Positions 22,530 to 34,452 of a stretch of 35,667 nucleotides of DNA are shown in pieces. Every line of letters starts with the position of its first letter. Position 1 is the stretch's first letter. The notes below the pieces were generated by a model. It ran no database searches. It saw only the letters and a list, made by a program, of their open reading frames with translations, and had not been told where the DNA came from. The DNA is from Asterionella formosa (lineage: Eukaryota), in NCBI GenBank assembly GCA_002256025.1, contig NKIB01000051.1, forward strand, positions 1-35,667, given 5' to 3'. The translations under genes and the position numbers were made by a program.

Positions 22530-22744
22530 GTTGCCACCATCCACATAGTAACTTGCGTATTGCTGTAAATTTCTCTGCTACTAAACCCTTTAGGAAAATG
22601 TCCCCAACTTGTTTTGTAGTTTCAATCTTTAAGATTTCAATATTACCTGATGACACGTACTCTCTTAACCAATGATATGCCACTGCAATATGTTTTGTAT
22701 GTGGCGTCATTTTCGGCATTGTCGCTTGAGACAAACATGCACTA
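22530..22744 (-). pseudogene. Copia RNase H C-terminus
   Basis: SACLSQATMPKMTPHTKHIAVAYHWLRE...QVGDIFLKGL...LCGW. Confidence 0.9.
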
Positions 22745-25700
22745 CATCTAAGGCGCCGCTTATGTCATCTTTTCGAATTTATGTCTAAAGTGACGTATTT
22801 ATGCTACTTATCTAAAATATTATGCTAGTGTTTTGGGAATTTATTCGGTTCAAACCAAAATTTATGTGTTCTATAACAAAATTATCTTCACTTATCGAAT
22901 AATTATGTGATCAAACAAATAATTATGTGAGTTCGCAACAATATTTTCTTACCAACTAGCCATTATGGCCAACTTGCGTCACTTCACGGCAATATTATGC
23001 TGGTCACACCACATAACAAAATAAAGAGTCCCCAGTTTCGACTCAAAAAATATTTTTTCCGCTATCACAATTGACTTTGATATCAACTGCCAAAGAGCAA
23101 CACATCTATTTGCGCCAATACCTGCATCCACGAATACACAAATTATCGGGGGCACAGTAGAATCAATCCATTCTCAGTTGATAAAAAACATTTTTAATAC
23201 CTTTTGATTCAACTAATCATGTTATTGTTATAGTCGTTGTCTTACTCATTGCTCAGCTATTGCGACAATGTCAAATCTGCTCGCAGCAGCGTCGTTTTGG
23301 ATTGTGCAGCTATAGATAATGTAGAAAAAATGTGCCATTGGCGATTTCAGTTTTCGTTGTCAATATCAGTGTTACAACAATTATTCTTTTGCGATTGTAT
23401 TGTATTTGTTGTGCTTGAAATTTGTACCAAATATGAAAGTTTCGTTCTCAATTTTCGTAGAGATTTCCCCTATTTTTGTCATGGTCAAGGCTGAGACAAC
23501 ATGATTGAGGATGCTCCAGCCAATCACAACGACTTCACTGTATTGTTTTGTATATACAAAAGAATCGCATGATTACCGGTATCTCAGCTATATAATAATC
23601 TACTATGTTTCGCCTACAAGGGCTACCTTGGGTACCAGCACTGTATCCTGAGCATGAACACATCCATACGTATTTTACTCATGTTTCTATTACTGGTGCT
23701 GCGCAGTTGAAGAGTGGTGGTAAAATTAGAGGTTCTCATTGTATGTAGACTCGTTCAACACTGCAGACCACGCCAGGATTTTAGCGTGTTCAGTTTACAG
23801 TAATCTGGTACATTGTATTAGGAAATGAGCACAATTGATCGCGCCCATATTAATTCATTACATATATGTTATTGTCGTCAATCTTGCACCACATAATAAT
23901 AAAATCATGCTGAAACGCAAACTCGCATTGACTACTATGATGGCCTCGTCATGGTACCACATTTCATGTGATTTTTCTTTTTTCTGAGCTGCTCCTTCTC
24001 TCAGATCAACCTTCTTCTTTCTCATTATACCAGAAATGAACCGTTGCAGTGCTCTGTTAGTTCTGGTACTGCGTCGCTATGGAAGCGACATTTCTTGTTG
24101 TTGACTTTGCTCAATTCATTCTTGTTCCAATGCTGCTGTTTCTTGTGGAATCACTCCTACAGCATCTTGTACCATATTCCTAGTGGGAGGTAGCCTAAGC
24201 AGCCACTTACTTGTATCCCCCACATCCATCTGTGCTGGTACACTCTCCAATACTTCGGGTGGTAGTGCAGCAACACTAGAGTACAATTGTGTATACCTTA
24301 CTGGTGTCATAATCACCTTCACTAGTGACTCCCCCTGAGGTTGTCTGCAAATAAAAACTATCATGAACATATGATCAAGGGTATTGTATGCTAAGTGGCA
24401 CAGGATTTTTACATATATGATAGTTGTTGGATCAAAAATATCATCAATGTATCATATAATTATGATCATGCAGTAAACTTTTACCAAGCTTGAAGTATGA
24501 TGATCATACTATCATAGTTATATTACCATTGCATCATATAATTAGTTAAACATGGTCCTATGATGTGTATACTTTTGTCATTCATCTATCTTACATGATC
24601 GTAATTCTCATCGATATCACTGTCTAAATAGGATGAAATTGATCGAAATTTAGAACTATATTTAAAAATGGTTTTATGTTTCTACATCTTGAGTGGCTAC
24701 AGAATGTTCTACAATGCTCTCATCGCAATGATTGGTGCTTTCACTTCCACCTTCCTCCCAATCCAATTCTGAATGTTGTTGTAGTAATACTGGTTGCCTT
24801 GCCCTTGTTCCCCTGCTTTCCGTTTATTCCTGATGGATCTAAGTTTGCATTCACGCATTTTCCCATTACTACTTAATCTGTTTCGTTGTCCCAATTATAC
24901 TACTAACAAAGAGAAGCAACAACTCATTGTTACCTGTTCATGTTTTGCTTACACAACAACATGCATTTCGCTTCTATCTTCACTTACCACAAATTGAGGA
25001 AGTAACTGATGCATATTTCTGTCAAATAATGTGCGTGTAAGTTGAACATTTGAATAAGCAAGTATAGATGATCAATGAATAGGCTCCAACGCTGCTGGTT
25101 GTAACTTACAAAAACTGCTTGTCTACCATTATCCTGAAAGAAGCAACACAGCCACATGTGTCAGTTTTTCTAACAGTTGTGGATTGATCCAAAGATGATA
25201 GCACTTTCCGAATTCTTTTGTCCACATTGATGGTTGGCCAGCCACCAAATCGAAAAGGAGCTATTGAATCACTGAGAGGGGACGAGTCATTCTTCTGTAT
25301 TTGTAATCCCAGAAATTGATCATCCTGGCATTTGCTATTGACAAACCGTGATGCTATGCACAGCGTGTTGATTCCGCCCTTCTCCATCATATTCACTCCT
25401 TTTAGCCGCATGGTGTATCATCGTGTTGTATTGTCACTTCAGTTTTTCGCATCATGTGTTGCTTGAGCTCGTCCTTCATTTCAGGAAGTGTATGCATTAC
25501 AAGGAACATGAAAGTCATTTGCTCTTGACTTACCATTAATTGATCCCGCCCTTCCTCTCCGTAGTCACTCCTTCTAAGCCGCAAGTATCATTGAATTGTA
25601 TTATCACTTTCGTTTTCCGCATCATCATGTGTGATGATCCTCCATTTCAGTAGCAAATTTTATGCATGACAAGGAACATGAAAACATGATTTCAAATGTT

Positions 25701-26330
25701 ACAGCCATCATGAATACATCTATATAAATTTGTAAGAAATTTAAATGTATATATAGTTGAACATTTGCATAGTTTTAAACACGCTCATTATATGGCACAT
25801 CCTTTGTATACTAACATCAATTTTGATTATACATAATTCAAATATATGCAATGCATGATAATTTCATAGTTTTCCATGATCTGTTGAATTTTTTGAATTT
25901 GCTTTGTGTCAATTCTTGTACCTACAAGTCAGTGGCTGATTTTTAAGCCCCTTAATAAACAGGAGTCTTTACTAATTTTTCAAATGGTCTAAATCATACA
26001 TTTATGAATATAGACACCATATTGACCACCATATACATTCGAAAAATTCATATGTCCTACCAGTAGTACTGTATACTTGCTGGGAATTACTTCTATCATG
26101 GGAGCACCACAATAGTGCAGCGGAAAACTGAATATGCTCATGTGTTTAGGATCATTTGATCATCTTTCTAAGATCAATTAGTAATCCTGATTCCTGAAAA
26201 TTAATTTTGATCTTTCATTTTCTCATCAACGACACCATTTATCACATGATCAATATGTTAGCTAGTCTATGATCAAAGGTATAGGATGATCAAATCAAAA
26301 TTTATTGATTGAAGATCATAATTTGCTTAT
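22745..26330. mobile_element. Unclassified nested insertion beginning CATCTAAG, with ttatg(t/c) subterminal repeats and decayed, possibly intron-containing coding sequence
   Basis: Interrupts RNase H at the EDN|SA motif. Its terminus is related to 185-227 and its internal part is homologous to 1915-3408. The right boundary was not identified. Confidence 0.6.
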
Positions 26331-26479
26331 ACCGGAGTAGTTGCTCATGTATGCAACCCTTCCCCCCCTGTATACAGTAGCTAGCTACGGAAGTGATTAC
26401 CCCCAAGCTACCGAAATTTTATGTCTTGTAAGAATTATCGCAGCATGCATGCATACATGACTCCTACTGCTATATACAA

Positions 26480-27525
26480 TACCAGACTACCAATGATCCC
26501 ATAGGTCTTGTAGAGTTTTCGAATGCGTTCAGCTATGTAAACTTTTGCTCCTAGACACTATCTCATCACCCTTGTTATAGATTTTTCTTTATCTTTTGGC
26601 TGCACAGGCCCAGGTTACTCAATGCCTTCATCTGCAAGTTCAGCCAAGCATGTTGGCGTCAAGAAAACCTCAACCCCGATTTTCCTCACATGCTCCGCCC
26701 ATCGACCCTTTCATTGATGAAGTCGAGGTAGCTAAATTGGCATCAGGTGGCGCTGGCTTGTGTATGGAATGATGATGCCGAAATCATTGCTTCCTTTTCC
26801 GATAGGTACCTATTTGTCAAGAAAATTGTTTGGGTCAATCTATCATCCTTGTTCCCGCAAGACCAGCAGCAATTATCCCTTTACTTATCCTCCCAAGAAT
26901 CTTCTTTTCTCTTTCACAAGAATTGTCCTGATATTTGCAGAGAATTTTTAGTTCCCTTTTGAATTTTCCACTGGTTTCGATCCCTTTGGCATTCCAGTCA
27001 AGAAACAAGCAAGCCATTGAGATTTCTGGAGGTTTTGGTCAGTGGCACCAGACAGCAACAACCAACAGATCATGGCGGCTGTTCTCCATTTTCTGTAGCA
27101 AGTGACATCCAAGAAGGGTCTTGGATCATTGGGGAGAAAAATTAGTAAACTTCTCTGTGTTTGGGGGGGGGGGGGGGGGCGCGCGCGGGGGGGGTGGCAT
27201 TCTACCATTACTTGTTCCTCTCAATCAATAACAGTAAAATTGAAAACCGTAATTAGATGAAATGTGACTTCCAGTTTCTAATATTTTACATTGTTGCACT
27301 AAGACTGAAACTTGAATCCATAAATGGGCATTCAACTTGTGCTTTTTGCATTTTTGCAGTAGATAGTAGGCCAAAGTGTCTGGCTTTTTATGAGCATCTA
27401 CAAAGTCGTGCTTTTGTCTAGGGTTGTGTCTAAATCCAACTGCTGCCATCCATTGAACCATTCTAGATACATCAAAGAATACGCTCCTGTTGTCAAAGGT
27501 AAGGAACTGGTACGATGACAAAGGA
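26480..27525 (-). pseudogene. IS630/Tc1-like DDE transposase remnant nested in Copia B
   Basis: Motifs FVDAHKKPDTLAY and LTPTCLAELADEGIE resemble (Y/F)VDGHE.P and TPKCH.ELAGEGIE as recalled for this group; many frameshifts. Confidence 0.6.
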
Positions 27526-27649
27526 TATCTAATGAGACATGAAAATTACGAAACGAGAATCACTCTCTTACTATACATACTAGACAGTCTCTTGCTTCTT
27601 TGTGCATATCGCCTGCTATGCTGCGTTTCAATTCTAAATGTATTATGTT

Positions 27650-29650
27650 CTCGTTAGAGAGACGATCCATGTCTAGGTACCACTAGAGACCAAGTAAATA
27701 TATCAATTGGTGATTGTCCTGTCCGTGCTCCTGGCACATGGTTATAGACATGTACAGCATAATCAACAGTCATGGGCCATAGCGTTGCATCAGCAATTTC
27801 AGGCCATCTAATTGATGCATGTAGCATCAGCCATGACTCTTGCCATAGTATTAGGCAGATACAGTTCGTATGCTTCTCTCAGCAGCCCCATTTGGTGATG
27901 TGCACCTACTCCACAGTAATTAACCTGTTTTACACGTGCAATGATAGCATCAACAAAGTCCTTAGTGCCAAAAGTGCCATTGTTGGTCATATGTTGGCCT
28001 AGTACTATGAGAACCCGTGGTTGTAAGCCCAGCCAATTTTCGAATTGCTGCTTTTGGTTGCTGAGAATCCCACCTGGTGGTGGACATAAAGTAGGCCAGA
28101 TGCATGGTGCATACACAAAGATACAGCCCCCTTTATACATACAGGAGTCATGTGACTTTCTTCACAAAGAATATTGTCTTCCAAGCACTCGTGATTCGAA
28201 ATGGTCTATAGATACCACTCCTGAGACTGGATAGCCTGGATGTATGTCTCCTAGCTTCACCTTTCTCTCCCTCTCAGGCGATGGAGTGCCAATTGTAGGG
28301 TGCAGTACAACGGCGGGCATCTGCACTAATTGACAGTTGTTGTAGTATCCACTGTATAGTGGCAGGGCCCCAATGTCCCAATTTATAATGCCAGCGCAGA
28401 TGCTACTCCTTCTGAGGAGCTTCCGCTAGGTTCCGGTTACAATCCTTAGTGTCGCATAGATGTAGTGATTCCTTGCGTAGTAGTGTCGCAGTAGAAGATT
28501 GGGTGGCTTTACTTGTTGGCACTTCATTAATCGGGTCGTGATCAATGCTCAGTATTGGTTTACCAGCTATTTGTAGCTGTGCGTGGTCATCCAGTACAAC
28601 AAAACAACCAGAAATACCTTGTTCCTTAGAGAAAAGTATCCGTTGGGGAGATAGTAGGCAGACACGCACTGTGGGCATAGCGGGACTTCAGACTGTAGCT
28701 ACCTGTACCTATTCCTTCTAATGTAAGACCTGATGCTCCCCTACCAAACCATCTGACTGATTCTTGGGAAAACAGTCTTGAAAGCTGGCCAGCGGTCAGC
28801 CATATTCAACTAGGTGCTTGTAGCTGGTCATAGCCAACTAACATAAATATTTGACACCTACTAAAGAAGTATTCTGGAGTGCCAGAATTATCATAATGTC
28901 TTTCCCAAGCAAGTACCTCTCCTCATCAACCTCAACAGACTTGGAATAGAAGAGAGTACGAAATTCCTCAACACTGCAGCATAGAAATTTAGCAATAACC
29001 ATGCTGGACATACTAGTAGCAGGGACTGCATTGTTAATATATTTAAGCAAGTTATACATACTAGTTAGTACATCATTGACTAACAAACATACGTTCTCAC
29101 CAGGATAGTTTGACAGAGACAGGTTTCAAAAGTGTTCGACCACAGAACCACTGTCCATAAGTTGAGACGACACTGAGATAGCCTCATTCATCAAAGTTAC
29201 CCATAGAAGGAGTCCAGGACCCCTATCAGCCACCATGCTGCTAGTCATCAAGGCGTTCGTATAAGCCACCAAGTAGCTTAGGATCTACATGAGACTCAAT
29301 CAACCTCCATAGGTGCATAGAGTCATCCCTAGCTTGGTCATCCCAGACCATGGCCCTGGCTAGTACAGATGCCTCAGTTTCGGCTGTACTAGGGGCGTCA
29401 TACTGATACTACAATGGGCTGGCTCTGGTACTACAGGACCAGATTTGATGCGAAAATGACATTGCAGTCTTGAAATGTCTGGTGATTGCACCACCAGAGT
29501 ATTGTAACCCCTTGGGCGTGACGTCTCCACATTTTGTTGCTTGCGTCCTCATCATCGTCATTAAGTATGCCTGGTCGTGGTGAGTTGTTGCTTGTTGAAG
29601 TTCTTAGTTCAAGCTGTTTTGTTCGAACAGCACCCTCAAGAAAATTTAAA
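27650..29650 (-). pseudogene. Copia B gag-protease-integrase remnants
   Basis: Integrase motifs VSIDHFES, YKGGCIFV, TNNGTF, YCGVGAHHQMG and LWPMTVDYAVHVYNHVP, plus an upstream LGH zinc-binding segment. Integrase precedes RNase H, which is the Copia order. Confidence 0.85.
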
Positions 29651-29836
29651 TGACACACTTCACGAAGAATACATCTGTGTTGTTACCTTGTATAACAGAG
29701 GCACTGATGCAGTCGTGCTTGCTAGTATCTCACGTGACTATGTAGGAGGCTACAAGAAGTCGAAAGCAATCTCTTGCCTGACTCTCACAACCTTGTGGTG
29801 GAACGAACCTTGTTGTGTAAGAACAATTTAGGTACG

Positions 29837-29857
29837 AGCGTGTTGGGCTCAACAACA
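29837..29857 (-). other. Primer binding site complementary to the D/anticodon arm of initiator tRNA-Met
   Basis: The plus strand agcgtgttgggctca(acaac) resembles the tRNAiMet internal segment AGCGTGxTGGGCxCATAACC and lies directly inside the 5' LTR. Confidence 0.75.
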
Positions 29858-30556
29858 AGTTGATAGATGCTAAAAATCTGTAGCTCTCACACAGTAAAAG
29901 TTGCTAGAAAAAATGTTTCTACACAATTTGTTTGTTTTACTTAGTTTGCTAGTAGCTAATAGTTCTTGCTTTTATAAAAGAGGGAACTTAATGTAAATGT
30001 TAATGTAAATTTGAATTTATAATTTTGAAACTTACAAGCTCATGCATGTTTCAAAATAGAGGTGATCTTCAGAGGCGAGGTTCATTTGTATTCCCAACTT
30101 GAACTGAGAATAAACTACATCCTCTTCCTAGTACTAAATACACATTTGTCTTAATCTTGGCCTGTCTCAACTTAGGCCAGATGCTGTTTGATCGAAGATT
30201 GCTTTCCGAATAATCTTGTTAATCATAAATAGATCATGCATATCTAGTTAGCTTCTTTAATGTTCCTTGATTTTGTGGACATATCTGTAATTGTCTAGTC
30301 AATCATTTATTGATTTGGCCTCTAGTTCTGAATGCCTTGTTCTACTAGCTAGATTCCATTTAAAAGGTTAGAGAGAACTTCTCCTGAAAGTTCCTCTCTC
30401 AACTGTGGCATTGTACATGCGATATTCAACCATGTGTCCTTGAATCAATAATCTAGTGGATTGGGGTGCATGTTCCCAATCAGGTCACCAGAGACGAAAT
30501 TATATTGACACTCTCATAACCTGATTTGGAATCAGGAATCTCTATATGTTTCAACT
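29858..30556 (-). repeat. 5' LTR of Copia B (699 bp)
   Basis: Direct repeat of 21814-22509, with about 16 substitutions and one 3-bp indel counted by eye. Confidence 0.95.
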
Positions 30557-30601
30557 AAGGTGGAAAAGTAATGTAGGTGCAGTAGTTTGAATTATTTTAA
30601 T

Positions 30602-31042
30602 TCACGCCTTGATAACCTTTAGGGCAATTCCCTCAAAACCAAGAGTGAAAACAGTTTCAGCAAGAGTTCTCATTGCCTCTTTCTGATCGTGTGGTGTATC
30701 AAATTCATTAGAGATCCATTCGACAAAGCAATTATCGCCGTCACTGGTCTTGGTGCATTTCAATGTCGCCTCAAAGTTTGTAATTGGAAAGGGGCATTCC
30801 AGGATTTTGTACTTGTACATGTGCTCCTCGTTCGACCAGCCAATGAGTACTTCACGAATGACGGCCCCATCATGCATAACGACCTTGCGAACAGCCCCCA
30901 ACTCAGTACTTCCTTTTTCGTTTTCAATCAGGCTGCTCGCAATAGCAGCATGCCAATTAACAAGACTGTCATAGGATTGAATGGTCTCCCAAACTTTTTC
31001 GACTGGTGCTTCAATGATGCGGTTGACAGAGACTTTCACCAT
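30602..31042 (-). CDS. SRPBCC / polyketide cyclase 2 (MxaD-like) family protein, 146 aa
   Basis: Motifs I.APVEKVW, W.H.AI, GAVR, G..IRE.L, Y.Y.I and FVEW, plus a C-terminal helix; intronless. Confidence 0.88.
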   Translation of the reverse strand: MVKVSVNRIIEAPVEKVWETIQSYDSLVNWHAAIASSLIENEKGSTELGAVRKVVMHDGAVIREVLIGWSNEEHMYKYKILECPFPITNFEATLKCTKTSDGDNCFVEWISNEFDTPHDQKEAMRTLAETVFTLGFEGIALKVIKA

Positions 31043-31766
31043 AATTGCAAAGTATTGTTAATGGACACTAGTATTCGTTTTTTATGAGATAACAAAGATA
31101 ACATGTTTGTTTCAGAGATTGGCTTGGCGCTGTATTTGCTCGGCATGTAAGCATGGTGAACAGATTTTTCACAAGGTTGCAATTGCTGTCGTTGGCGTCC
31201 ATGTAGGAATTTTGGTCCCCCCAGAGCGCAGTGCAGTGATATCATTCGTGCACGACACGCACACCACTGGTATCTGGCTCAGCCCCACTGTGATCCAGAA
31301 TTTGCTGGTGCCTCCAGATTTCAGAAATCAGTTGTTCAGTTGCTGCATGCTCCATAGCGTGTTCCTAAAGCCAACATTCCTCGCAGATAGAAGAACAGAT
31401 CTGAAAACTGGATGCGGCAGAGAATATTTGTTTCCCATCATATTATGATTCGTTTCTGGGTCATCTAACAACTGACTAGCTTCAATTTATTTCTTCGAGA
31501 TTCAATGGCGTTCAACCATCTATTGGACTCATGTCATTGGCGATAGCAAAGTGACATGTGACAAAGCTATACTTAGGCCAGTTTGTTCATCCCCACTTCC
31601 AACTTTTGTAAGCTTTTATTGTTCAAAACTACTAGACGTTTACTGCGCAAATAGTTCACTTAATATTGGGCTTCTGAAACATAGAACCAAAGAAAATAGT
31701 GTCCGTTGTCCTTATAAAACATGGTTAATCCTGACAAAAACGTTTACAAGGCTCGTATTTTTGGTA

Positions 31767-32672
31767 TCAATTTTGCACTCTCGTCTGGATGAACCAAATA
31801 CCATCTCTCGTTTTGTGCATTCTCATATTGTCGTCAATGTATCGAACCTGAAAGCCGGCACCCTTAGATTGGGATCGTCCTTTCGATCCAAACTTGGCAA
31901 TGGCAGATAGAAACTTAAAGGACGGCAAGCGGATTGTGATCTTGCTCAAAAATCGAGGAAAGCGGGATTTCCGATGAATTATGACTCGTTTGAAAATTAA
32001 ATCCATCTCGTCATTGGATGTGGCTTTTCCTTCGACAACGACGTCAAATCCCTTGACCTTTCCCTTTTCGAATGCAATCTTGTTGATCAATGTTCCATCA
32101 AAAGCGCTTACAACTTGCGACGTGTTGGCTTTGCCTCTGATAGGACTCTCGGCAAAGGTTGCGTCTTTCCCTGAGGTAAATCGGAGCTTCCATACACCGT
32201 TGAGAGGACAGTCGACAGGTGAACCACTCCCATAGCCTAGCCACCCAAAGGTTGGAATTTCGGTTGGGTTAATCGCAGAGAGACGCTCGGCGAGATCGAT
32301 TACTTCTCGGCCTTTTTCACCGAGATCCACTTCGATTGCACCGATACTTGAAGCACCAAAAAGTCCGTTGATCCTCTCGTCGTCGGCCAGACCGTCTCGT
32401 CCTCTTTTCTTGTTAATTCTTTTCGCCTTGTCGACAGCCTTGGTAGCGAAGATTTCTTCCTGCAGCACTTTGAACTCATCGGCCGCCCTAAGCAAGCCTT
32501 GTTTCAAGTCAGAGCGCATCACAGATTCAGAGTTCAAATCAATGGGTGCCTTCGCCGAACCGTGAACAGTCTTCGGGAGGCAACGGCGAATCAATACCTG
32601 TTGAATGTTCAATGTGCAGGCGGGTTCAGCAAAAAGAGCCATCAAGGCCACCAATCGCTGGATAGTAGTCAT
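31767..32672 (-). CDS. PAP/fibrillin-family plastid lipid-associated protein, 301 aa
   Basis: N-terminal signal peptide and motifs L...NPT..P, LNGVWKLRFTS and YIDDNMRMHKTRDG.WFIQTR. Confidence 0.85.
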   Translation of the reverse strand: MTTIQRLVALMALFAEPACTLNIQQVLIRRCLPKTVHGSAKAPIDLNSESVMRSDLKQGLLRAADEFKVLQEEIFATKAVDKAKRINKKRGRDGLADDERINGLFGASSIGAIEVDLGEKGREVIDLAERLSAINPTEIPTFGWLGYGSGSPVDCPLNGVWKLRFTSGKDATFAESPIRGKANTSQVVSAFDGTLINKIAFEKGKVKGFDVVVEGKATSNDEMDLIFKRVIIHRKSRFPRFLSKITIRLPSFKFLSAIAKFGSKGRSQSKGAGFQVRYIDDNMRMHKTRDGIWFIQTRVQN

Positions 32673-33353
32673 GATTGCTGCTTTATGGTCAAGTCGACTA
32701 CCGGTATATCCTTCCTATTATATGATGAGAGCGAAAAGCGCGCGAAATATATTCTTGCTAATCAGCACAATAACATCGTCGAACAAAGGCGGGCGAAGGA
32801 GGGCTCCTGTTGATTTATTTAACTCTTCAGCCATTTGTGATCATGAGGAAGCGCGACCATGTGCTCATTGAGTAACACGTATCAAAACAAACAATTCATT
32901 TTAAAATGTATTCCTTGTTGTACCATGGATAAGCATCTTTACCAAGGTACCCTGGTACCTGGTACCTGTTACTACCGGTACCGGGGCGAAGTGAGTACCA
33001 AGTATCAGTACAACGGTAGAGTATTACTTTTACTGCATAAATTTATGAACATAGACTTAGACACTGAGGCCTGATGTCGTCGGCATCACCCATGTTCCAA
33101 TTCCTAACGTACGTCAGTGGCGATGCACAAGCAATGTTCTCGTTCGTGAAACACCGCTCCAATACGTACGTGATGTATTGCGCCCTGAATACACTTTTGA
33201 GATGTTCGACTAGCATTCAATGGATTGTCTATAAGTTATTCAAATTCAATTGTGCAGTTACAAGATACTGTGCTTCATTTCTGTTCTTAATGTTTTAGAG
33301 TACAAAGAGAGGCAGTGAAATGTTCTTGATGAAAACCGTTTTAAGATGAACAT

Positions 33354-33997
33354 CTAGTTTCTGTTTCCAGGGGCACCAGGCTTGTCGCCAGCCTTTGGGT
33401 TGGCAGCACGTTCCTCGGCTTCGGTACGCTCGATCATCATCTGAGCGAAGTTGATGTTTCCGCGAAGAGGATCTTTGTACCAACTCTCACCAGGGAAGTT
33501 TCCAGAGGCATCAGGACTGTTTCCGTTAAAAGTCTCGAAGGGGTTGAAGTTGTTAGGGGAGCGAGGGGCATTAGGGTCCCAAGATGCGTACATCTCCTTC
33601 TTGGCCTCGTTGTCCCACAATTTGCCGTCGAATCTTCCGTAGCTGGTAAAATGTAACGAAAACAATGTGAGTTCGTGAACCGATGGCGAATGACTCAAAC
33701 AACGATGACTTACTTTTCCTCAACGAAAAGGCTGGTGGCGGTGCGTGCACCGAAAGGAGCAGGGGCAAAGGCAGAAGCCGAGGCGACAAGGGCCAAGATG
33801 GTAACAAACTTGTACTGGAGATTCAAGGAAAGGGGCAAAGTGAGAAGGCAGTGCATCACAACCAATTATGCGTTTCTAATATTTCTTCGATGACGAAGGA
33901 CTGAGATACCCCTTGCATTCACCCGCTATGATTTCAAAGATTTCAAACCTTTGCAACGTTGCCTTCACTCCAAACTTGTTGAGCAGGTACTTACCAT
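33354..33997 (-). CDS. Plastid-targeted protein of unknown function, 130 aa; exons 33997-33995 (ATG only), 33814-33714 and 33642-33354
   Basis: ATG|gtaagt intron (33994-33815, ends ctccag) and a second gtaagt...accag intron (33713-33643). The spliced product MYKFVTILALVASASAFAPAPFGARTATSLFVEENYGRFDGKLWD... has a canonical ASAFAP motif. Confidence 0.9.
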
Positions 33998-34452
33998 TTT
34001 CGATTTGATGATTTCGAGAAATTATGGTATGTATATTGGCAATACGTATGTGTGTCAACTTCTAGATTACCCCCTTGCTGTAACTACCTGTTCGATCTTT
34101 TCACAATCCTGGCTTTCTCGTTGAATTCTACCAGAGGACCGTCACCCAAAATTCTTTGTACGTACTTAAAAAAGAAAAACCTATTTGTACCAGACGTGTA
34201 GCTACCATTGTACAGCAATGTCTCTTGAAATGACGTCGGCGGTTCTTCACAACACGCACCTTGGAATGTTGTGTGGTCCACAGGACCTCAGTGGCGGCTA
34301 CACTGCCTGACCGCATCCTGCACTCTAAACCTCGCTCGCTCGAAGGCAAGACCAACCTGATGACACTCATTCATGTACCCAACTACCGGTACCGGGATAC
34401 ATACCGGTACTTCCCGGTATCCTTCGTATCATTTGCTGGTTCGAGGTACCTG

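Larger units (their letters stand above)
21814..30556 (-). mobile_element. Full-length Ty1/Copia LTR retrotransposon B (8743 bp), decayed with nested insertions
   Basis: Two ~97-98% identical LTRs. TSD AAGGT at 21809-21813 and 30557-30561. PBS at ~29837-29857, PPT at 22510-22519. Gag/PR/IN remnants at 27650-29650 and RNase H end at 22530-22744. Confidence 0.95.

Noticed and set aside
22740..22752. CACTA (EnSpm) terminus 'cactacatctaag'
   Set aside because: The cacta bases are explained by the Copia RNase H codons (N-S-A) on the minus strand, and the related end at 227 shares only CATCTAAG.
27163..27197. Poly-G/GC run as a regulatory G-quadruplex
   Set aside because: It lies inside a decayed transposase; a homopolymer expansion or sequencing artefact is equally likely.
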